A stretch of DNA of 24,000 nt, taken from contig NZ_ACIS01000006.1 of the NCBI RefSeq assembly GCF_000174355.1, positions 172,568 to 196,567 of the forward strand. The letters run 5' to 3'. Each line of letters opens with the position of its first letter. Within the stretch, counting starts at the first letter, position 1. A model generated the notes under the pieces. That model did not search any database. It had not been told where the DNA came from and saw only the letters and a program-made list of their open reading frames with translations. Positions 1-7,288 of this stretch are shown here, one piece after another. The stretch comes from Pseudogulbenkiania ferrooxidans 2002. Its GTDB lineage: Bacteria; Pseudomonadota; Gammaproteobacteria; Burkholderiales; Chromobacteriaceae. The position numbers and the translations under genes were made by a program.

Positions 1-46
1 TTCGAACAAGCGGTTCATTTCGATCTCCGGGGGGACACAGGCAAAT

Positions 47-415
47 TTACCCGTGGACGTGTGGATTTCCGTCGATGGTATCGGAAATACCATTCAAATC
101 AATACTTTGCCACTATTTATGACCCACGGAAAACCTGTGGAACGCCTTCACAATCTGTGGCTTAAAAAATAGGCAGTGGCTCAAACCCGTGGATTCCCTT
201 CACCCCTTCTTTTCTCCGCTTTCTTTCTCTTTCTTCTTGTTTTTTAAAGAAAAAGAGAAAGAGAAGGGGGCGGCGCCGGAAAATGGCCCGGTGGAAAAAA
301 ACGGGCAAGCCGTGGAAATTGGAAGTGATTCCGTGGAAATTTTTGGCAAACCGTGGATTGTGTTTTCTCATAAATCAATGACTTAGGTTGGGATTGGGCC
401 GAAATCCACAGGTTT
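47..415. repeat. Iteron-like array of (C)CGTGGA(A/T)(A/T) / TGTGGA motifs; putative replication origin or cis-replication region
   Basis: Copies read directly at 51-57, 60-68, 134-142, 154-162, 187-195, 289-297 (CGGTGGA variant), 310-320, 331-340 and 351-359. Inverted copies lie at 123-133 and 404-412. The three copies at 310/331/351 are spaced 20-21 bp apart (two helical turns). The region is non-coding, AT-richer, and lies just beyond the terminator of the operon that encodes the primase-helicase. The core resembles a DnaA box (TGTGGAT). Confidence 0.5.
196..270. repeat. Polypyrimidine tract (about 196-238) followed by polypurine tract (248-270); imperfect inverted/mirror repeat
   Basis: The sequence reads ccttcaccccttcttttctccgctttctttctctttcttctt gttttttaa agaaaaagagaaagagaaggggg. 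A perfect 10-bp complementary core pairs TTCTCTTTCT (225-234) with AGAAAGAGAA (256-265). It sits in the middle of the iteron array and could act as an unwinding, H-DNA or cruciform element. Confidence 0.5.
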
Positions 416-460
416 TTTCTGATACTGCGCTACCCGATGGCGGAAGCCTGCCCCGGGCCC

Positions 461-489
461 AAAAAAACCGCGCCGTTCTCGGGCGCGGT
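461..489 (-). terminator. Rho-independent terminator ending the early operon
   Basis: The minus strand reads ACCGCGCC-CGAGAAC-GGCGCGGT followed by TTTTTT. It lies 20 nt downstream of the stop at 510. Confidence 0.75.
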
Positions 490-509
490 GTCGTCTGGGG
501 CCTGCGGGG

Positions 510-773
510 CTACAGCTCGCCGTCCCAGTCCTCCAGGAAGTCGCGGGCGGCATCGATGGCGACGGCCGGCGTGGTGTACCAGCCGCCGATCGGGATGCCA
601 CGCACCAGGGCGCGGTGCTTGGTGATGACGGCGCCGGCTTCGCCCACGCGCTTGGTGCCGTCCAGGAAGCCCTGGCTCTCGGTGATGATGGGGTAGCCCT
701 TCAGGTGGTCCAGCCGCTCGGCCGGGGTCAGGGCGGCGAACTGCTCAAAGGTAAGCGTGGCGGGGTGTGGCAT
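510..773 (-). CDS. Hypothetical protein, 87 aa
   Basis: ATG start, strong GC3 bias across the whole ORF, and a terminator just downstream. No motif recognised. The Shine-Dalgarno is poor. The conserved ACTTCGCTTTTCTG motif lies 13-26 nt upstream. Confidence 0.65.
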   Translation of the reverse strand: MPHPATLTFEQFAALTPAERLDHLKGYPIITESQGFLDGTKRVGEAGAVITKHRALVRGIPIGGWYTTPAVAIDAARDFLEDWDGEL

Positions 774-786
774 GGTGATGTTCTTT

Positions 787-800
787 CAGAAAAGCGAAGT
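787..800. repeat. Copy 1 of conserved intergenic motif CAGAAAAGCGAAGT
   Basis: Exact 14-mer shared with 23287-23300. The 12-nt core GAAAAGCGAAGT also occurs at 11736-11747. All three copies are intergenic and in the same orientation. Confidence 0.6.
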
Positions 801-808
801 GGCCGGGT

Positions 809-1006
809 TTAGCGCAGGTGCTCAGGAAGGGCTGCCAGCTCATCCTCTACTTCCGAATTGAGTTCATCACAGCATCGGGCTGCAGCTTCATGGCTGGTGA
901 ACCATCCGGTAGTTTCAAACTCGCTATCGCTAGAAATAGGAGTCCTCTGGCATGCAAATTTGTCCCCAGTCTCATTCTCGATTACGTCCCAGTATCCAAT
1001 GCTCAT
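809..1006 (-). CDS. Hypothetical acidic protein, 65 aa (AT-richer small gene)
   Basis: The ATG at 1006 is preceded by AGGGAGGAAGTC (strong SD). Alternative upstream starts lie at 1036 (ATG) and 1045 (TTG, overlapping the primase stop). The gene is visibly lower in GC than its neighbours. No motif recognised. Confidence 0.6.
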   Translation of the reverse strand: MSIGYWDVIENETGDKFACQRTPISSDSEFETTGWFTSHEAAARCCDELNSEVEDELAALPEHLR

Positions 1007-1041
1007 GACTTCCTCCCTTCGGCCAACCTTGGCCATGTTGA

Positions 1042-3837
1042 TCAATATCCACGCTCAAACACCGGCGCCGCATGCAGCCCCAGCTGGGCCAGCTTGCTCA
1101 CGCTGATGGCCACCATGTGCGCCTGGCGCCGGCGGCCGACTGTTTTCTCGACGTCCTCGTCCACCACCACGCCGCTCTGCAGCAGCTGGCGCTTGAAGAT
1201 GCGGCCGGTCTTGACGGGGAGGTGGTCGAACTTGGCGCGCAGGTGCGGCGCCGTGCTGATGTGGTCCATGACGTGCGAGGGCAGCACGAACAGGCATTCC
1301 TCCTCGCGACCGTCGACCACCAAGGTGTCCCAGCAATAGGGGTGCTCGAAGCGCTGGGCGGCGAGCTCGGACAGCAGGATCTCCATGATCCACACCCACG
1401 GCAGGCGGGTGCCGTCGGTGTCGGCGATGTGGGCGTTCATCTCGGCGATGATGTCTTCGATGAAGTCGCCCTGGCCGATGTCGATGCCGGCGAACTCGGT
1501 CAGCAGCGCCCAGGCGGTCATGATCGCGGCGTAGTTCTCCATCATCCGCTTGGCGGTGGCGTCGCCTTCACCGGCACGGCCGCGCTGCTGGCAGAACGCC
1601 ACGTAGCGCTTGTGGGTGTCACGGATGCGGGCGGCATCGATGCCGGCCAGGAACTGCAGCCACTCCCACACAGGGAACTGCGGCAGCTCGTGCGGGATGA
1701 TGGCGCCCTGTTTGGCGATGGCCAGGGTGGTGCGGCAGATCTTCGACTGCAGGCTCTCCACGTCCACTTCCTCGCCGGCCAACAGCACCGGGGCGCACAT
1801 CAGGTAGGGCGTCAGGGTGGCGCCAACGCGGGTGAATTCGAAGCGGTAGGTGGACTGCAGCAGGCCGTCGATGTCGGACAGGATGGACTTCGGCAGCTTG
1901 GAGAATTCGTCCCAGCCCACTGGGTGGGTGGTGTACGACACCGACGCCCGGCGCCGGTGGTCGGTCTTGAGCATCTGGCCGGACAGCACCTGGAAGGCTA
2001 GCGTAGCCTGCATGCTCTCCAGTAGCTTGGATTTGCCCGACCCCTTCTCGGCCTGCATCTGGAAGTGGGGGTAGAAGCCCAGCACGTTCTTCAGGTGCGC
2101 GCCCAGGCCCCATACCAGGCCGATGGCAGCGGCGTTTTCCTTGAAGGTGGCCTGATAGGCATTGATTACCGCGCGGGCGTTCTGGGTGGAACCGCGCGGA
2201 AAGCTCATGTTGTTGTACAGGCACTGCTTCTGCGGCTCGACGAAAAAGCAATCGTTGCCCTCGAGGGCGGCCAGCTCTTCGCCGCGCCAGGCGAGCCCGA
2301 CGAAGTTCACCACATCACGAGCCGCCAGATCGGCCGAACGCTCCAGGATGTTCACCATGCGGGCGAACTTGGCCGGGTTCCAGATGTGGCCGAACTTGGC
2401 CTTCCACCATTCCAGGTTGTAGAGCTTGTCGCCGGTCACCACCTCGCGCTGCAAGTGGGGGCCGTTGCGCGCCAGCTGGCAGCTGATGCCGAACACGGTT
2501 TCCGGCTGGTTGTCCGGCATGCCGTTGATGGTCGACAGGTGCGACTGAATCCGCAGGCGAGACAGACCGGCCACGCGGAAGGAACACAAGTCGCCGTAGA
2601 CCTCGCTGCGGCTCACCTTGCCGTCGTCGTCCTTGCTGTCCTTGAACTCGTCGACGTGCCGGGTGAAGTCGTCCAGTACCTGGTAGCGCCAGTAGACGGA
2701 CAGGTCGTGACCCTGCAGGAAGACGCGCTGGCGGCCATTGAGCTGGTGACGGCGATCGGCGTCGACCGACGGCTGCCCCGGGATCAGCCACTGGTCCAGC
2801 TTTTTCAGCCGGATTCGCAGCTCCTCGGCACCGTGGTCCTTCAGCACATCGTTGATGTCCTCGCCTTCCTCCCAGTCCAGCATGTCCACCAGGCGATTGG
2901 CGATATCGCTGGCGGTCAGTGCGTCAGCCACCTTCCACGCCGCTTCCATGCCGGGGCGGGTACGGGTTTTCTCGTTCAGCTTGTCGGTGTGATCGAGCGC
3001 CACGATCACTTTCTTGCCGCGCGCCCAGCTCCAGTCGAGGTTGGTGTTGGCCACGCCGCGGATCGCCACCACGGCGACGCCGGGATAGTTCTGCAGGGCG
3101 GTTTCGATCGACAGGGCGTTGATCGGGCTCTCCACCACGTAGACGGTATGCGCCCGCTTCAGGCGGGCGAGGTCGGAGGTCCAGAAAAAGCCGACCTTCT
3201 CGCCCTGGCATTGGGTTTTCACGTCGCCGTTCAGCGCCGGGTCGGCGTAGCGCAGATCCACCGCCACCACCTTGGCGCCGGCCAGGCTGCGCACGATGAA
3301 GGCGACCGCCGGGCCGCCGTACCCTGGCTCGCCCTCGGCCACCTTGGTCGAGGTCCAGGTGTTCCAGCCGATCGCACGCCGGCGGATGGCATCGTGGACT
3401 ACCTGCTCGGCGATGCCGCGCCCGGTCAGGTAGGCCACGGCCGGCTCGGTGTCCTTCAGACAGCGCTCGGCGATGTATTCCACCGTGCTCTTGCGCTCCG
3501 GTACCGCGCTCTTCTCCCGGCTGGGGCGTGGGATGGTGTACCAGTCCGCCAGCAGATTGGCGGCGTCCATCGGGTCGTTGGCACGGCCGGCGTACATCAC
3601 CAGGTCGATGCTCGTGCCGCCGATGTCGGCGGTGTGGTCCTTCCAGCCGGTGCCGTGCTTTTCATGGTTGACGTAGATCGACAGCGAGGGGTGCTTTTCC
3701 TTGCGGGACGGTGAGAAGTAATTGCCGTCGCGTCCCTGGCGTTCCATGCCCAGCCGATCGGCCAGGTCGTGCAGATCGATCTCGCTTTTGAGGCGAGCGA
3801 ACCATTCCCCCATGGCGGGGTTGTTGTTTGGTGTCAT
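1042..3837 (-). CDS. Replication protein: primase (degenerate zinc-ribbon-like N-terminus + Toprim) fused to P-loop NTPase/helicase-like domain, 931 aa
   Basis: Toprim signature YVVESPINALS ... IVALDHTD. Walker A AEKGSGKSKL and Walker B-like VGWDEF. The N-terminus FSPSRKEKHPSLSIY...GWKDHTADIGGTSIDLV matches the spacing of a CHC2 primase zinc finger but lacks the Cys residues. Confidence 0.8.
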   Translation of the reverse strand: MTPNNNPAMGEWFARLKSEIDLHDLADRLGMERQGRDGNYFSPSRKEKHPSLSIYVNHEKHGTGWKDHTADIGGTSIDLVMYAGRANDPMDAANLLADWYTIPRPSREKSAVPERKSTVEYIAERCLKDTEPAVAYLTGRGIAEQVVHDAIRRRAIGWNTWTSTKVAEGEPGYGGPAVAFIVRSLAGAKVVAVDLRYADPALNGDVKTQCQGEKVGFFWTSDLARLKRAHTVYVVESPINALSIETALQNYPGVAVVAIRGVANTNLDWSWARGKKVIVALDHTDKLNEKTRTRPGMEAAWKVADALTASDIANRLVDMLDWEEGEDINDVLKDHGAEELRIRLKKLDQWLIPGQPSVDADRRHQLNGRQRVFLQGHDLSVYWRYQVLDDFTRHVDEFKDSKDDDGKVSRSEVYGDLCSFRVAGLSRLRIQSHLSTINGMPDNQPETVFGISCQLARNGPHLQREVVTGDKLYNLEWWKAKFGHIWNPAKFARMVNILERSADLAARDVVNFVGLAWRGEELAALEGNDCFFVEPQKQCLYNNMSFPRGSTQNARAVINAYQATFKENAAAIGLVWGLGAHLKNVLGFYPHFQMQAEKGSGKSKLLESMQATLAFQVLSGQMLKTDHRRRASVSYTTHPVGWDEFSKLPKSILSDIDGLLQSTYRFEFTRVGATLTPYLMCAPVLLAGEEVDVESLQSKICRTTLAIAKQGAIIPHELPQFPVWEWLQFLAGIDAARIRDTHKRYVAFCQQRGRAGEGDATAKRMMENYAAIMTAWALLTEFAGIDIGQGDFIEDIIAEMNAHIADTDGTRLPWVWIMEILLSELAAQRFEHPYCWDTLVVDGREEECLFVLPSHVMDHISTAPHLRAKFDHLPVKTGRIFKRQLLQSGVVVDEDVEKTVGRRRQAHMVAISVSKLAQLGLHAAPVFERGY

Positions 3838-3848
3838 GCTGCGCTCGC

Positions 3849-4100
3849 TTACTTCAGTAGGAAGGCGGGGATGGCGGGCTCGTCGGCCGGCGCCGGCAGC
3901 GGTATGCCAGTGACCAGGTAGCCGCTGTCGTTTCGCTCGATCGGCAGCGCTACCAGCACGCCGACGTCGACCAGGGCGTCCAGCGCGTCGTGCACGATGT
4001 GCGCCGGCACGTGGGCCAGCCTGGGGCGCCGCAGTAGCTCGGAGGCGGTCAGCGCCCGCGGCAGCAGCTCGGCCAGGATGTCGTCTGTGATATCAGACAT
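3849..4100 (-). CDS. Hypothetical protein, 83 aa (possible winged-helix-like)
   Basis: The ATG at 4100 forms an ATGTCTGA overlap with the upstream stop, with GGGGGA upstream. GC3 bias present. Function not recognised. Confidence 0.6.
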   Translation of the reverse strand: MSDITDDILAELLPRALTASELLRRPRLAHVPAHIVHDALDALVDVGVLVALPIERNDSGYLVTGIPLPAPADEPAIPAFLLK

Positions 4101-4482
4101 GGCGGTGGTCCCCCTTGAATACCAAGTCGGCAGCAATGGCCACCTTGAGGCCGCAGTCGTGCCCGAACAGCACGGCCTTCAGTTCTGGCAGAACGCCCAG
4201 CGCCCAGCCGGCACGGTCCATCTCGGCCAGCCGCTTGACCGCCGCCGGCGCGAAGTCGATGCCGCCCAGGTCCACTTCGGAGCGAGTGGGGGTGTCGATC
4301 ACCGCCCAGGCCTCGGTCCAGGGGACCGGGCAGCCGTCCACCATGCCCTGCAGCGAGCCGTCCAGAGACGACAGCGGCGCCACGGCCACCAGCCCAGGCT
4401 CGGCGACGATGGCGTGGCCGAACGAGCGGTAGACCCGGCGGTCGCTGGAAAACGGAAGAAGGGACAGGATTTGCAGTGCCAT
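4093..4482 (-). CDS. Hypothetical protein, 129 aa
   Basis: The ATG at 4482 has AAGGTG 8-13 nt upstream; an alternative GTG lies at 4488. GC3 bias present. No motif recognised. Confidence 0.6.
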   Translation of the reverse strand: MALQILSLLPFSSDRRVYRSFGHAIVAEPGLVAVAPLSSLDGSLQGMVDGCPVPWTEAWAVIDTPTRSEVDLGGIDFAPAAVKRLAEMDRAGWALGVLPELKAVLFGHDCGLKVAIAADLVFKGDHRHV

Positions 4483-4501
4483 TGCCACACCTTGTTGTTG
4501 T

Positions 4502-5050
4502 TTACGCGCCCAGCAGATCGAGCTGGGCGAATTCCTCGAATGCGCGCAGGAAGGCGGCGCGGGCCGCCTCGGCCGGCATCGGGCGGATGCGTTCCGGCAG
4601 GGGAGCCACCCCCACCAGCACCGCCCATTCCGTGCTGTCCGCCGGCATCAGGTCGCGCCGCTCGGTAGCGAGCAGCACGATGTCGGCGCGGGTCACGGTG
4701 GCGCGGTCGGCCCCGCTCAGCTTGAGGCCGAAACGGCTGCGCACCGCGTCGTGCACCAGCTCCTCGACGTACTGGTAGCTGGCCAGGTTGCGCTTGAGCG
4801 GGCTGATCACGTCGCCTACATAGGCCTCGGCGGCGTCGTGCAGCAGCCCGGCCAGGCGCAGCGCCGGCGGCAGGATCTGGGCCACCCGCAGCGAGTGCTC
4901 CGCCACGCTGTAGAACTCGCGCACGGCGCCGCCGAAGCGGCACAGGTGGGCGAGGTGGTGAGCGATGTCACGGATCTCGATGTCGGCCGCGTTGGGGTGC
5001 AGCAGATCCACGTAGCGGCCGGAGACGGTCTGGATGTGGGCGGTGGTCAT
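4502..5050 (-). CDS. HD-domain metal-dependent phosphohydrolase (YfbR/5'-deoxynucleotidase-like), 182 aa
   Basis: H...HD...D signature: SVAEHS, LLHDAAEAYVGD. The RFGG motif is typical of the HD_3/YfbR-like group. The ATG at 5050 forms an ATGA overlap with the upstream gene. Confidence 0.8.
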   Translation of the reverse strand: MTTAHIQTVSGRYVDLLHPNAADIEIRDIAHHLAHLCRFGGAVREFYSVAEHSLRVAQILPPALRLAGLLHDAAEAYVGDVISPLKRNLASYQYVEELVHDAVRSRFGLKLSGADRATVTRADIVLLATERRDLMPADSTEWAVLVGVAPLPERIRPMPAEAARAAFLRAFEEFAQLDLLGA

Positions 5051-5679
5051 GGGGTGGGGCCTTCCGCCCGGTCGGCGGCATTCTCGGCAATCACCTTGTC
5101 GATGGCCGCATCCAGGGCAGCTGTGTCGCACTCCGTCAGGCCGCAGTACATGACCAGGATGGACAGAGCTTGGCCACCATTCTCAGAGGCGAGTTGTTTA
5201 ATGATCTGCCAGCGAGCGGCGTCTTTGAGGACTGCATCGGGGACATCGAGGCCCAGTTGAGCCTGTTCCGGAGTGGGTGTGGCGGGCTGGACGGCCAGCG
5301 TCGCCAGTTCGGTGATCACTGTGCCGGACTGATCATCAGCCAGAGACCAGCCCGAGCGAGCGGGGATACCAACGCTGGGGTCGCCGCTGTCGTGGTAGTA
5401 GGCGATGCGGGCAAACAGCTTCTCGCTCCATTCCTCCGGTTGCCCTTCAAAGGCTAAATCGTCGAAGCCAGCCCAGAGTTCTTGAACACCATCACGGGCA
5501 GCTTCGAGGCCGCGCTCAAAGCCGTCATTGACTTCGCCCACATGCGCCGCCACCAGGTAGGTCAGATCCTCGGCCAGGATGGAATCAGCGATGGTCGGGC
5601 CCATCACGCCGCCGAAATCACGGGCCGTGCGTGCGCAGGCGTTCTGCACTGCGGTGGCCAGCTTGGCAAGGTTGCTCAT
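5047..5679 (-). CDS. Hypothetical protein, 210 aa
   Basis: The ATG at 5679 is preceded by GAGGAGACCAAAGC and forms an ATGA overlap with the upstream gene. The longer 300-aa ORF in the track is an out-of-frame N-terminal extension. Confidence 0.65.
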   Translation of the reverse strand: MSNLAKLATAVQNACARTARDFGGVMGPTIADSILAEDLTYLVAAHVGEVNDGFERGLEAARDGVQELWAGFDDLAFEGQPEEWSEKLFARIAYYHDSGDPSVGIPARSGWSLADDQSGTVITELATLAVQPATPTPEQAQLGLDVPDAVLKDAARWQIIKQLASENGGQALSILVMYCGLTECDTAALDAAIDKVIAENAADRAEGPTP

Positions 5680-5972
5680 GCTTTGGTCTCCTCGCCGCAG
5701 TTGCAGTGGCCAAACATGGCATAGGTCAGCGCTCCAGGAGCACCTTCCGGAGTGACATCCTGCCGGCGCTGTTTGTAGGTGCCGCCACGCTTGACCTTGA
5801 TGGTCAGGACGTCGCCGTCGACTTCCATTACCTCGCCGTCTTTGCTGCTGATGCGCATGGTTTGGCTGCTCGGCTGGGTCGTAATGACGAAGTTGACCTT
5901 GTCGCCGACGCCGATCTTGCTGACGTCGGCCTTTTTGTACTTGCCGCACGCTTCACATTGGTAGTTGCTCAC
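5676..5972 (-). CDS. Small zinc-ribbon-like protein, 98 aa (CxxC ... CxC)
   Basis: GTG start in a GTGA overlap with the upstream stop, with GGGGG upstream. Cys pairs QCEACG and HCNCG flank a beta-rich core. Confidence 0.6.
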   Translation of the reverse strand: MSNYQCEACGKYKKADVSKIGVGDKVNFVITTQPSSQTMRISSKDGEVMEVDGDVLTIKVKRGGTYKQRRQDVTPEGAPGALTYAMFGHCNCGEETKA

Positions 5973-6169
5973 AGTTCACCCCCATCACTCTCAAACTCGT
6001 CAGCCGGGTAGGCCGACGCGATCACGTAGCCGGTGCCACAGCAGGACACGCAGCTCACCATTTCTTCCTGGCTGTTGCTCCAGCGCTGGCCGGTGCCCTG
6101 GCAGCGCTGGCACACCGGCCGCTCCACGATGTGGTGGTCGGCATAGGCCATGTAGGGCACTCGGGTCAT
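5969..6169 (-). CDS. Small DnaJ-type zinc-finger protein, 66 aa (two CxxCxGxG repeats)
   Basis: CQRCQGTG and CVSCCGTG motifs. ATGA overlap with the upstream gene. Confidence 0.65.
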   Translation of the reverse strand: MTRVPYMAYADHHIVERPVCQRCQGTGQRWSNSQEEMVSCVSCCGTGYVIASAYPADEFESDGGEL

Positions 6170-6471
6170 GCCTCGGCCCCTTGCTGCAGGGTTTCGCTGA
6201 TCGGCTTCACGGCCTTCTTCAGAGACTGGTACAGATCCGGGTGGGTCTCTTTCAGGTAGTCGACGATCTCCATGTCCTGCTTGTTGATCTTGCTGAGGTC
6301 GACGCGCTCGACGTAGACCAGGCGGAACAGTTCCTGGGTCGGTTTGGGCATGGCGCGGCCGCTCTCATAGCGGCTGCCGCCGGACTGGGTGACGCCGATG
6401 CGGCTCCAGAATTGCAGCTGGTTGAGACCGGCAAGGCGGCGGATTTCACGCGGGTTTCGGATGGTTTGCAT
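6166..6471 (-). CDS. XRE-family helix-turn-helix DNA-binding protein, 101 aa
   Basis: HTH segment IRRLAGLNQLQFWSRIGVTQSGGSRYESGRAMP. ATG at 6471. The 278-aa ORF in the track is an out-of-frame extension. Confidence 0.7.
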   Translation of the reverse strand: MQTIRNPREIRRLAGLNQLQFWSRIGVTQSGGSRYESGRAMPKPTQELFRLVYVERVDLSKINKQDMEIVDYLKETHPDLYQSLKKAVKPISETLQQGAEA

Positions 6472-6703
6472 GGTTCGAATCCTTCTGTTTCTTGGCCTCG
6501 TAGCGGGCGGCGGCCAGTTGTTTGTGTCGCAGGTTCTTGGCGATGATCTTTGGGTCGTTGCTGTAGCAGTCCTTGCACCAGGAGTGCGGCCGGCCTTTGT
6601 GGAAGTAGAAGAAATCCTTCTCTGCCGGCCAGAACTCGCCGCACTTGGCGCACTGGATCTCGGTGCCCAGCTCAGTCTCGACCGAGGGGCGTAGCCGTGG
6701 CAT
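6446..6703 (-). CDS. Small zinc-ribbon protein, 85 aa (CxxC-x21-CxxC)
   Basis: CAKCGEF...WCKDCY. ATG at 6703 with GAGGA upstream. High GC3. Its 3' end overlaps the next gene by 26 nt. Confidence 0.6.
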   Translation of the reverse strand: MPRLRPSVETELGTEIQCAKCGEFWPAEKDFFYFHKGRPHSWCKDCYSNDPKIIAKNLRHKQLAAARYEAKKQKDSNHANHPKPA

Positions 6704-7274
6704 GGTCGGCGTCCTCTTGTTGCTCGATCGGCGGCTCGGCAATCGGCGTGGGGGCGGGTTCGGCGTCCTCTGGCTTCAGGCTGTAGATGACCAGGACGAT
6801 CTTTTCGCCAAGTACCGGTCTGCCGACATAAACGAATCCACAGTCGAAGCCGACAGGTTCGCTCGTGTTCCATGCTGGCAGTAGCTGTCGGGCTTTCTCG
6901 GCGGTGGCGTCGCGCAAGATTCGGGTTTCCGGATCGAACCTGATGGCGATCCGGTCGGATTCCGTGTCGATATCGATGGGCCTCGTCTTGAAGGCCTCGC
7001 AAATCTTTTGAATATCGTCCGCGGCGGCAGCCAGGGCTGCCTCGGCACGGCGGTGACGGTCACACTGCTCCGCGATGTGCTTGGCCAGCGGGTGATCCGC
7101 CGTCAGCAGGCCACTGGGAAGGGTGCCGGGGCGGGATACCGGGACGAATTCCGCCTCGGCCAGGCCGTAGCTCAGCCCGTCGGGTTGCTGGATGTCGAGA
7201 AGGAACCATTCGGCATCAGGGTGGACACGGGCCCAGTGCGGGCCGGGTTTGACTTCATGTGCAGTCAGGATCAT
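6672..7274 (-). CDS. Hypothetical protein, 200 aa
   Basis: The ATG at 7274 is preceded by GAGGAGGAATCACGAA. GC3 bias present. No motif recognised. Confidence 0.65.
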   Translation of the reverse strand: MILTAHEVKPGPHWARVHPDAEWFLLDIQQPDGLSYGLAEAEFVPVSRPGTLPSGLLTADHPLAKHIAEQCDRHRRAEAALAAAADDIQKICEAFKTRPIDIDTESDRIAIRFDPETRILRDATAEKARQLLPAWNTSEPVGFDCGFVYVGRPVLGEKIVLVIYSLKPEDAEPAPTPIAEPPIEQQEDADHATATPLGRD

Positions 7275-7288
7275 TTCGTGATTCCTCC

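Noticed and set aside
1-17. Possible start of a minus-strand gene leaving the window (GGAGATCGAA ATG AAC CGC TTG TTC GAA)
   Set aside because: Only six codons are visible, so neither reading frame nor function can be supported.
162-386. ORFs of 69 aa (minus) and 65 aa (plus) in the origin-like region
   Set aside because: They are translations of the polypyrimidine/polypurine tract and iterons (poly-Phe/Lys/Glu low complexity). There is no SD and no codon bias.
47-415. Possibility that the short repeats form a CRISPR array
   Set aside because: The repeats are only about 9-11 bp, occur in both orientations with irregular spacing, and have no cas genes nearby. They are not CRISPR-like.
388-421. 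Hairpin GGATT-N7-AATCC followed by T6 as a plus-strand terminator or sRNA end
   Set aside because: The stem is only 5 bp, the T-run is offset by 5 nt, and the right arm is itself an iteron copy.
1072-3714. Long plus-strand ORFs (309 aa at 1072-2001 and 549 aa at 2065-3714) antisense to the primase-helicase gene
   Set aside because: These are shadow ORFs typical of GC-rich DNA. The products are Arg/Gly/Ala/His/Val-rich with no motifs, while the minus frame carries Toprim and Walker motifs and GC3 bias.
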